Source: Eledone cirrhosa (Eukaryota). Taken from it: a stretch of 64,000 nucleotides of DNA. How positions within the stretch are numbered: the first letter of the stretch is position 1; every line of letters starts with the position of its first letter. The notes below the pieces were generated by a model, which made no database searches, had not been told where the DNA came from, and saw only the letters and a list, made by a program, of their open reading frames with translations. The stretch covers positions 126,666,001 to 126,730,000 of the forward strand of contig OZ024745.1 in the NCBI GenBank assembly GCA_964016885.1, in the 5' to 3' direction. The position numbers and the translations under genes were made by a program. Positions 53,675 to 64,000 of the stretch are shown piece after piece.

Positions 53675-54155
53675 TCAAAAGTAAGGTTTTTAATATGTAA
53701 AAATATAGGTAAAAGAAGTAAAAATATAGGAAAAAGAAGTAAAAATATAGGTAAAATAAGTAAAAATATAGGTAAAAGAAGTAAAAATATAGGTAAAAGA
53801 AGTAAAAATATAGGTAAAAGAAGTAAAAATATAGGAAAAAGAAGTAAAAATATAGGAAAAAGAAGTAAAAATATAGGTAAAATAAGTAAAAATATAGGTA
53901 AAAGAAGTAAAAATATAGGTAAAATAAGTAAAAATATAGGTAAAAGAAGTAAAAATATAGGTAAAAGAAGTAAAAATATAGGAAAAAGAAGTTGAAAAGG
54001 CAATTGGAGTCTTCAAGAAGGTTTCTTTACAATAAATAGCCACACATCTTTCCAACTCTCTTAACTTTAGAAAATCGTGAAACTTGTAAAATAGGTAAAG
54101 TTATAAAGCATTGTAAATAAACCTTCTTAAAGACTCCAATTGCATTTTCAACTTA
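53675..54155. mobile_element. Fold-back element in (TA)n whose tail has expanded into a 21-bp minisatellite
   Basis: aagttgaaaaggcaattggagtcttcaagaaggttt.tttacaat versus attgtaaataaaccttcttaaagactccaattgcattttcaactt; ~14 x aaaatataggtaaaagaagta at 53697-53990. Confidence 0.7.
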
Positions 54156-54579
54156 TATATATATATATATGCCTGTATATGTCTGTACTAAGGGAATCGC
54201 CTAAGCTCCAAAGCCCCTAAGTTATTGCTGTGAAGATATATATCACACCCTAGTCTAGTCTAAACAATAATTTTTCTTTTTTGCAAACACCCATTTTACT
54301 TTTCTTTAAAAATAACACCTCATTTTATGTCTGCCATACGCTTGGATTTGGGGGCCTTTTTTGTACACGCACTTGTGTGTACATACATATATATACGCAT
54401 CTGTATGGATTTGTGTGTGTGTGTGTCTGTGGGGGTGGGTATGAGTGTGTGTACAAGTCAACCAACATAAGTCTTTTTATATGTAAACTTTCTAAGTTTT
54501 TGACTCTAACCATAATTTTCAGTATTACCACCCCACACAAATTCCTCAATTTAAAAATGCCCTGTACTATACTATAAAC

Positions 54580-54950
54580 CTCTATTGAATATATATCTGA
54601 CCAGGAATGCTTTTTGAGAAAATCAGTTATATGGAACTATTGTCATCTTGCCTGACGGTTTGAACTTTACAACACCACCTGTCTCTTTGAGGTCAAATAC
54701 CAACCCTACTAGCATCTACAAACTGACCAATGAAAATTAAGAATATTCCTGCTGACAACATTAAATTATTCCTAACAAGCTCATATGTCTCAAGGCTCTA
54801 AAACCATCAACACCAAAAATCCAGAGCTGGCATATCTAAGAACTTACTGACTGCCTGATGAGGTCGTAGCCATACAATGGCTATCATCGAAATATATATA
54901 GCGGTAAATAAAGGATTATGAGTTCATACAATTGACTTATGTTTCGTCAC
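54580..54950 (+). mobile_element. 3' end of Penelope-like element: degenerate GIY-YIG-like C-terminus, hammerhead, tail, then (TA)n
   Basis: ~54609-54665 reads ECF(frameshift)ENQLYGTIVILPDGLN, like the E.fW..qL.T..P.GLN end of PLE endonucleases; hammerhead ~190 nt downstream. Confidence 0.6.
54850..54905 (+). ncRNA. Minimal type I hammerhead ribozyme, second copy of the same family
   Basis: actgc-CTGATGA-ggtcgtagccatacaatggctatcatc-GAAA-tatataTA-gcggt; stem substitutions relative to the 12 kb copy are mostly G-U tolerant. Confidence 0.8.
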
Positions 54951-55695
54951 TATATATATATATGTATATATAAGCAGTGAATTGGCAGAGTTATTAGAAA
55001 GTTGGATAGAATGCTTTATGGTATTTGTTCCATCTCTCTGCTGTCAAAATTAAAATCCTGCTGAGGTCAACTTTGACTCATAAAAACATACTAGTCTAGA
55101 ACTGGGGCTGATTCTTCCTCTATATCACTTTCTATCTTTCTCTGGAAGAAATCTGCTGTACTCAGGCCTGGAGAGGGATGAGCTCCACCAGGCTTAAAAA
55201 TGCCCAAGAAACGCTGTATGTTACTACAGTGCCCCTATAACTCTATCAGGGGTTATGGGACCATACATATATATATATGAGAGAGAGAGAGATAGTCTGT
55301 GGTGCTGAAGATGGGGAGACCACAAAGCAGGGGAGTACTCTCTGTGTAAGGAGAATCAGAATGAGTATAGAGGGAGGTAAAAGCCTGACCACGACGCAAA
55401 GCGGTTTCAGTACACCTTATAAGGTGGCTGGTGTTAGGAAAGACATCCATCTGTAGAAACGATGTCAAATATGGAATGACTGACCTGTCTGGTCACAAAC
55501 CATGATGACCAGTCTAGCCTATACCATTGTGGAAAGTGTAAATAAAAACGATGATGAAGATGATACATATAGTGAGTATCTGGCAGATATAAGGTTTGAT
55601 TCCTTATTGTGGCTGATGGCAACTTTGTTTTCTGTCTCTAAGAATTTCCACCTTATTTTATAAATTATTCTGAAGCATCTTTGCACATGAGCACA

Positions 55696-55735
<40 letters not shown>

Positions 55736-56368
55736 AAATGTGGTTGACAGCTGAGAAAAAAGAGTACTCAATACCGAAAAAGGGTTTTAATATTCATTTT
55801 ATTAAGGCTAAATAGTGAATCTTGTCAGATGACTTTGTGATAAACAATCAAAACTCCAGAGTCACTATTTAGCTTTAATAAAATGAATATACACACATAT
55901 ATATATATAACTACATCTACCAAACTCGTCCCACAGACTGAGTGCTCTACTACTATGGATATAACCCTCCAGTGTTCTACTATTATATATATATACACAC
56001 ATATATATATATCATCATCATTTTATGTCCGCCTTTCCCTGCTTGCAAGGATGGGACGGGAACTGATTCTAGCTTAATTTCTACAGCTGGATGCCCTTCC
56101 TAACACCAACCTCATTTACAGTGAGTGCTGGGTGCTTTTTTTTCTGTGGCGCCTACACGTCCACTTTACAGTGAGCGCTGGGTGCTTTTTTACCGTGGCA
56201 CCTCCACAACCACTTTGCAGTGGAATGATAGGGACCCCAGTCCTATCATCTCATTTCTACAGCTGAGTAAACTGGAGCAATGTGAAATAAAGTGTCTTGC
56301 TCAAGGAAACAACACATCACCTGGTTTCAATTGCAAGGCCAATGCTCTAACCACTAAGCTATGTGCCT

Positions 56369-56403
<35 letters not shown>

Positions 56404-57510
56404 ACCTACTCTTGGGGTCTCAAATAATAGAGGGGGTTGGACATTTGCTTAAATTTTTATAAGCGAGAGGAGGGGGTAATAAATAGTGGGGTTGGGAAAT
56501 CGGTAAGTGTACATTCATAAATATAGGATTTCTTGCAATGTTCTTTTTTTGTCAAATATATTTTTTAATGTAAAATAAAATCGTTATTAGATTCTTCAGC
56601 TGCTGTATCAATATGAATCACTTACAATAAAATTTTGCCGGAGATAGATTTGCAAAATTTAATAAGGGTGGGGGATTGATTATTCAAGATCTGAGAGTAT
56701 GTCATTTTACATCTACTTTTACTTGACGGCATGGATTGGACAAGTCTTTTTTTTAGGCAGAAACTCCACTCAACACAGACATTTGTTTTTTTGTATTTTT
56801 TCAACACAGGTACTGATCTTCACATATTAAACTGCAGGTCATTGATTATGCAGAACATGAACAAATATCACCACCCATGCAAACAGTGTCAAATACAAAG
56901 TGAAGACATAGATGGAGACAAACATCACACACATACTTGCTTTGCTGTCCTAGTAAAAAGACTTATTTTCTTATGACTATGTTATAGTGTTTTCTCATAT
57001 GCATCTTTCCAGCAACTTGTTCAGACCATCATGTAACCTGGGCTCAATCATTTACAATCCTACCCTTATGCATGAAATTGCATGGCCAAAGGGCCAAAGG
57101 GTAGCCAATGAGAAAGATTCTTTTGTTCGTTCATCCCATGCATTTCATTTTTTTTTTCTTTTCTGTTTATAACTTTTCTATTTACTATTACTGCAATGCT
57201 ATTTGTTTACTTACCGATTTAAAAACTTTCTCTCTCCTTTTCTCTCTCTTTTACCATTTTCTCTCTCTCTCTCCCTTTTTGTCTCCTCTTTCTTTCTGCT
57301 CCCCCCCTCCCTGTTGGCTAACACATGCTCAGCTGCTAGTCCCTGATTTCCAACCCCTCCTCTTTTCACTACCTGGCTTCAAAAGACATGTTTATCTGCT
57401 CTCCTCCTCTAAAAATATTTTTAGCCTTCCCAATTTTCTATCCTTTAAACCACCGCTATTTGCCCATACTATTTATTTCATATTCACTTTTCTTTCTCTA
57501 TCTAACTATT

Positions 57511-57547
<37 letters not shown>

Positions 57548-57881
57548 ACTCTCTCTCTGTCTGCACAGTTTCCATCCATCATATTTCACTCACATATTAA
57601 TATTCAACTCAAAGCTAAAGCAGAACACACTTGTCTAATCTGCCATGCAATGGTTGCAAAGCAAATTCTTGAGTCATACAGCCATATCTATGCCTAAGCT
57701 TTCAAATAAAGGTTCACTCTCCCTCCCTCCCTTTATCGCTTTGCGTTGTTGTATATGTGTGAGCGTGCCTATGAAATATTCTATTCTTGCATGCAGAGTA
57801 TCAAAAAAATTTATTTAATGTCATAGTTTTTAATTATTTTTTACTCTTTTCTTTTTGATATTCTAAGAGAAATTCTCTTAA

Positions 57882-58091
57882 CCCTTTAGCATTTAGACCA
57901 GCTATATCTGGCCAGAATTCTCTCACCTCTTTCTGTTCAAACTGGCTGTAACTGGCCCCTCATACCGACTTTAAGGTATTGTTCTCAAAGTAAATAATAT
58001 CAAAATCTCATACCTTCTATATTATGTGAGATAAAGCCTTTACCGTGAAAATACAGTAGTATATATAGAGAGTAATGTAAATGCTAAAGGG
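57882..58091. mobile_element. piggyBac-type MITE, ~210 bp (about 13 copies: 4703, 10220, 11066, 11561, 19259, 25525, 30913, 33136, 40312, 47297, 51235, 57882, 60245)
   Basis: TTAA-CCCTTTAGCATTTA...TAAATGCTAAAGGG-TTAA terminal inverted repeats; TTAA duplication demonstrable at 51231/51615. Confidence 0.88.
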
Positions 58092-58792
58092 TTAAATTAA
58101 CTTACTACTGCAATCATAAGGGTTAATTGAAAATACCAATTTACAATCTTTTGTTCTTGTTGTTTTGCCTTGGATTGGCCCTGATCGAGCAAACCTATGA
58201 TCGAATGCTTCAAGCCATAGCCATCCTGGGTTTTTTTTTAGACATAAGAGTATAAAAACTACATTATCTAATGTGTCCTTTCTTTTTTAATATTGAAATG
58301 TGAGATACAAGGTAAATTTGGCATCTATTTCTAACAGGCAAGACAATTATACAGAGACTTGTTTCTGTTTATTGACTGGTAACAAAATCTAGATATATCT
58401 AACAACTACCTCATGACATTCAGTATTACTATACTTTCTTTTTGTAAAGATATTAAGGGGTTTACTTATATGTTGTTCATATATATACAGATAGTACAGA
58501 AAAATTCAAATTTTCTGTGTCTGTATATATATGTTTCTATATATTTATATAACAAGTCATTTGCTGCTGCTTTACCAAGTTACAATAAGACTTTAATTCT
58601 CTGATGCCAAAATAGACAGAAAAATGTTGGGCATTGCATGTTGTACCTGCTGAAATATGAAAATATAAAGGTCATGGACTAATATTGTTATTGTTTCTCA
58701 CTTCATAGCTTATTCTAAATTTTTATGCACCATAATTACATGCACTTTGCTGGTGTGTGGTTGGGATTGCTTTGATTAATCAAATCAGATTC

Positions 58793-58933
58793 TATAGAGT
58801 TAGACTATAGTGTCAGGTTATTATATAGAGCTACACTATAGTATCAGGTTATTAACTATAGTATCAGGTTATTATATAGAGCTAGACTATAGTGTCCGGT
58901 TATTATATAGAGCTAGACTATAGTGTCAGGTTA
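58793..58933. repeat. ~32-bp tandem repeat, about 4 units
   Basis: tatagagctagactatagtgtcaggttatta. Confidence 0.85.
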
Positions 58934-59101
58934 AAAGTAGGGTTAAGAAGAATGAAAGAGACTAAGGGTGTTTGCTGAGTCAAATATTTCAAATTTAATA
59001 TATGATGTGTGAAAAAAAAAACTGACTAACACACACAACTTTCTTGCAAAAAAAAAAAAGGAGGAGGTGGAGGAAAGATTAGAAAACAGAAGCTGACTTA
59101 C

Positions 59102-59308
59102 GTGATAGGTAAATTTGTAAGTTTAACCTTAGCAACAAGAGGATTGAAGACAGGAATGGATACATCATAAGTCTCTCGGTAACTCCATGTAGAAAATCCA
59201 CCTCCTGCAATGATAGCTTTGTCTGTCTTTACACCAAGAATAGTACTGTACTCCATCATGCCCCCCGGGAGCATGTTAAATAAAAGATGATTGGTCCCAT
59301 TATTCCAA
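59102..59308 (-). CDS. EXT2: Exostosin-2, first coding exon visible in window (GT47 domain); gene continues 5' beyond the window
   Basis: Not in ORF track; hand translation [57 protein letters not shown] matches EXT2 [12 protein letters not shown]...[17 protein letters not shown]; tttcag acceptor, gtaagt donor; 207 nt, phase 2/2. Confidence 0.96.
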
Positions 59309-59509
59309 CTGAAATAAATAAATGATAGAGTCTACAATTGATACAACATTTTGACATTATCACTATTACTGAAAAGATAGAAATGTTTATCACTATAATT
59401 ATCTGACTGAAGCCAGAGATTTCTTATTCAACACTCAGTATCAATTGCACATTAACTGACCACTGACTAGCTAGACTTATATAGCTAGTTACAATTTCAC
59501 TACTTCATA

Positions 59510-60020
59510 GGTTGGGCAGCTTTCAACAAGAACAAGGAAGTATTAACATCAAAATGAGTTTCCTATCATTTGAAGGCTAAGATCATCAATACTTACATCC
59601 TACCAGTTGTGTTATATGGTCTTGACTGTGTTAATTGGACGACAAGGTCACTTCAGAAGCTCTCTATATTCCAGAACCACATCATGAGACTTATGACTGG
59701 CAAGTGGCTCAGCGACCATATCTGTATCAGTGAGCTGCTCAACATTACCAGACTTAGACCAATTACATCAATTGTCAAGTTAACAGTACTCAAACTATAC
59801 TGTCATATAAAAAGATCAACTCGTGGTGTGAGTAAGTTATGCCTGGAAGGAAGGTTGGCTGGTAAGAGAAGCAGAGGCCGGCAGCCAAAACGATGGCTTG
59901 ATAATGTCAACTTATGGACTGGACTTGATCTTTGTTCTTTAAACACTGCTGTTGGTGATACACATTTATGGAGAAAAATATCTCATGTTGATGCGCAATC
60001 TGCAACTGGCAGAGTTTAGT
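59510..60020 (+). mobile_element. RTE-clade LINE 3' fragment
   Basis: ORF ILPVVLYGLD...LYCHIKR...LEGRLAGKRSRGRQPKRWLDNV, typical RTE ORF C-terminus. Confidence 0.85.
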
Positions 60021-61348
60021 ATTATAAGGATTTTTAATTTAGGCAAGCAAATTTGGTAAGGATATTTGACTGATACTTTATATCATTTACCTTGGAATGA
60101 TGAAAGCCAAAGTTGACCTTGCTGGAATTTTAACTCAATGTAAAAAACCCAGAACAAAGAACACAATGGCATTTTAACCAACACTCTACCAATTCTGCCA
60201 GGCTACCAACCTACTACTTTCTTATAATAATCAAAACAAATGTAGCATTTACACCGACTTCATCCAGCCACTCATACTGCTGTTAAGGTATTGTTCTCAA
60301 AATAAATAATATCAAAATCTCATAGATTCGATATTATGTAAGATAATTATGTGAGGTAAAGTGTTTACCATGAAAATATAATAGTAAATGTTGAGTAATG
60401 TAAATGCTAAAGGGTTAAACTTAGTTTTTTTTATTTTAAGTTCATTTAACTTAATGCTGTTTTTAACCAGTCTTAAATTTAAATCAAATTTAATTTATAA
60501 CTTCATTTCATCACAAAAAGCCTCTCTATCATTATTTGAAGTGCTAGAAATAGCAGAAGCCAAATTCCCTCAATTTTAGCTAGTTTGCTACAAACAGAAA
60601 CATGTCTGCATGGACACAGCTAGAGTGCCTTTGATCATAGATCTGGTCAACCAGAGCTAACCTGTAGTCAAACAATATTAACAACAACAGTCACCCTATC
60701 AAGTAATGTTACTTCAAAAACCTTAGGAAGGACACCATTTTGGCTACTTCACAATTATATTATTTCAGTCATTACTCAAGATTCATGACCATAGTTAAGG
60801 ATAGATAAGAATTCTGAATTGAAGATAGTGTGTTAGGCTTTTACACCTATCTCCCTTTTTTTTTTTATGTCCAAGTGCCGAAGTTGGCTCATTATTGCAC
60901 CAGCTCCAGTAATTCTGTGTTAAATTATTCAATATAAAATGGAAAATTACAATTACGACACAAACAAAATAACAATATGCTTTCTTCTTGTGTGTTGGTC
61001 ATGTGACAATCATCTGTTCTTTCCATATATTGTCTGTTTAATGTGTCATCATAATTTATTGAACATTGCATTTTTCATTAACACTGGCAAAATTGTTAAG
61101 CTTCTGATTTAGTTGCCATGAAAATATGACCTTAACCCCTAATCAATGACGTTTTAATCAATAAACATTAGTTTTCAGTATGTTTCACAGAATAAAATAG
61201 ACATGGCCAACAATATAATATCATAGCTAAAGAAACAAATGAAACAATGCTGTAGATTGTACGTTATGTTGTCAACAATTACAGGTAAATAAACATAATA
61301 TAAAAAAAAAGGACTTTTATAAATTTCCAAATCATTCAAAATTAATTA

Positions 61349-61620
61349 TGGAGCCGTGTGGCTTAGTGATAAGTGTGTTGGACTTACAATCATAATATCA
61401 TGGGTTTGAATCCTGGACTGGAGTGTGTTCTTGAGCAAAACACTTCATTTCACATAGCTCCAATATACTCAGCCAAAAAGGAGTACCAGTAGTAGCTGGG
61501 GTTAAACCCTGCAATGGACTGGTATTCTGTCCAGGAGAAAGTCTTGTACTCTCAGTTGCTTAATGCCAAGGAAACCAGGATTAGCCAAAGCCTGATGAGC
61601 CTCTGAGCTTGAGACAGACT
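61349..61620 (+). mobile_element. tRNA-headed SINE family D (also 16690-16930 -, 24495-24765 -; related heads at 21522, 24178, 26093-26225)
   Basis: A/B boxes, ttcttgagcaaaacac, accctgcaatggactgg...tccagg central block, different 3' half from family B. Confidence 0.7.
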
Positions 61621-62070
61621 TTAGACTTCTTTATCATTGAAGGGATTGTGGGGCAGGGTTCTCAAACACTCTTTCCAGCAGGCCCTGTCAGAAGCAGCCA
61701 TCTCCAACTGGTCCTGATGGATCCCCAAGTGTGACCAACTAAGTTCATGGATGTTATCCAACCATCTTGCTCGGGGTCTACCCCTGGATCTCCTTACATT
61801 TGGTTTTTCCCTTAAAATCTGTCCAGCAATTCTTTCCTGAGACATTCTAACCTCATGCCCATAGTATCAGAGCTGTGATCTCTAAATTTGGAGAAGTAGT
61901 GGCTCTACCTAGAGTGGCTTTCTGATCTCCAAGCAACATACTCTATCGAGTAACATTACTCCAAATACCCTTGTATTTGCGATCATATTCTTTTGGTTAT
62001 TACCCGAGATTCATGGCTATAGGTAAGGGTTGGCATGAATTCCAAACTGAAGATAGAGAGTTTGGCTTTT
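61621..62070 (-). mobile_element. Second RTE-clade LINE fragment
   Basis: EPLLLQI*RSQL*YYGHEVRMSQER...RRSRGRPRARWLDNI. Confidence 0.8.
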
Positions 62071-64000
62071 ACACCTACCTCCCTACTTTTAACATCTCAG
62101 GCCGGATTTCATCTTTCCCAGCAGCCTTACCACATTTGAGATCTTTAACTACTCTTGTGATTTCAGCCTCTGAGAGATTAGTCACCACTCTCAGATCATA
62201 TTGTGTACATCAGAAGGTGCTGTTGTGACCAGGTTTAAGAGATCAGCAAAGTATTCTATCCGCCTCAGAGACTGCACCAATGTGTATAAATATATTCATA
62301 TATCTAATATGAAGGCAAGTAAACATGTCAGAAAATATGAACTTCCCTGTAAATTGAGAAAATGATAAACACGCCTTCTCATGAAGATCCAATTAGATCT
62401 GAAAAATCGATTAAATACCTTAAGCTATGTTTTTCCAATGCTCTAACAATTTTGCTAACCTTTGTATTGGTAATAGCAAAGTTCTAACAGAAATAATACA
62501 TCTGCCAACAAACAATTTTTTTGCTCTTGGTCAGTGCATTATGATATTTATTTGAATTTTTGGCAGTATTATATGTTGAAGTGTTGCTCTTACTGAACAT
62601 ATAGAGGTATGATCATCCTATTACAATTTAAAAAACTTAGTAAATAAAGATCTTTGTGACAACTTGTCAAAAACAGAATTAATGCCACAATATCAGTTAT
62701 AATATACTGAAATATTCCTATTCATTGAATTATAGTTGTTAAATTGCAAGAAAATATTTTTAATAAATTTTGTTTTTAAATTCTATAGAAAGATATTTTA
62801 TGTCTAAAATAGTTGATTCTTACCTTTTTTGCAAGGGTTTGTTCTACTAAAGTCTTTCATTTACATGCAAAGGCCACATTGGCATGAATGAATGAAATAC
62901 CAAATTTATATATAGATCATCATCATCACAGTTTAACATCCATTTTTCCATGCTAGTATAGGTTAGAGGAGTTGTCTCACTTGAGACAAGTCTGGTCAGG
63001 TGACCATGTCTTGCTCCTACAGAACTCTTTCTGACTTGGTTTCTATGGCTTGATGCCTTTTCTAACAGCAACCACATTTACACTGGGCACTTTTTGTTAC
63101 GCTGGGCACTTTTTGTTGCCACCAAAACCATTTTATAGTATGGACTGGGCGCTTTTTGTTGTGACACCAAAATGACCACTTTACAGTGTGGACTGGGGGT
63201 TGGCTGAAGGACATGGGTGAAGTGTGGGGTGTTAGGTCATGGGAGGTGCATGGACAGGGGATGTGTGTGTGTGTGTGTGTGGTAGTAAGAATATAAGTAA
63301 ATATCTGAGATTACATAAACTAGATACTAACAATTTTAAAATAGTAAAAGAATTTCTGAATGAAAAAAAAAATGATTGAATTACTGTCAGATACAGTAAG
63401 TCACATTGCAAAGAAACCTTAGACGGTAGATAATTTAATATGATTGCATTTCTATTCTAGGGATAATACATAAAGTTATAAGGCTTCATAAATCAGTCCA
63501 ATAATACTTCCACATCTCCCAAGAGAACAATTCAATATATTGACATAATGGCTGATACTATCCATGATATTTCAGTGAAACAGACTAAAAATTTAAAAAA
63601 ATCAACAACTAATAGTACACTAAACTAGAGTAATAAAACCAGTTAGAATAGTCTTTGTTACAGTTTTTTTCCTTTTGGCTGTTCACGTGAAATTCCTCAT
63701 AAGATGCATTGAAAGGTTCCATAAATTTGGATACTTGAATGAATTGTTAAAACATTTAGTGTCTGGGTACCCCAAACATCAACTTCTTCAACCATAAAAT
63801 AAAAACTAACAGAAACAGCTATTTTCCATATAGTTTGACTGAGGCTAAAACTGTAAAGTGCCTAACATAAGAACACAAAGAGGAGAGTCTCTACAGGGCC
63901 ATAATATTTTAGTCAATAGGATTTATTAATCACTTAGCTACTGCACCACTAAATTTAACACTTCTTCTTTGCCCGTTTATTCCTGAAAGGGTCATGGGGG

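Noticed and set aside
53659-54055. Repetitive ORFs (LLLPIF / FTYIFTS) resembling membrane or repeat proteins
   Set aside because: Product of a 21-bp stop-free minisatellite.
56405-56830. Possible DNA transposon end after (TA)n
   Set aside because: No matching second terminal repeat or ORF found by eye.
57108-57638. 176-aa + strand ORF
   Set aside because: Low-complexity CT/CA-rich sequence with no recognisable domain.

Overview
AT-rich eukaryotic genomic DNA. The (TA)n-laden, SINE-dense style suggests an octopus or other cephalopod, but that is inference. One host gene is supported: exostosin-2 (EXT2) on the minus strand. Nine GT-AG exons (59102-59308 down to 7169-7519) splice in frame to 533 codons plus stop; the 5' exon(s) lie beyond 64000 and one intron is 31.7 kb. 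The rest is mostly repeats: several tRNA-headed SINE families, TTAA/TA/8-bp-TSD MITEs, a non-autonomous Helitron, RTE and CR1/L2 LINE fragments, and minisatellites. The most striking unexplained structure is a set of more than 12 sequence-diverse, asymmetric fold-back elements, each sitting in or beside (TA)n tracts. Several carry hammerhead-ribozyme cores (CTGAnGA...GAAA) and some share a tail motif. Two intact-looking minimal hammerheads are present (12072-12127 on the EXT2 sense strand; 54850-54905), together with a fossil Penelope-like RT ORF (~16540-18160). I read these as a microsatellite-targeted Penelope-like/retrozyme system. All alignments were done by eye, and repeat boundaries are approximate unless stated.
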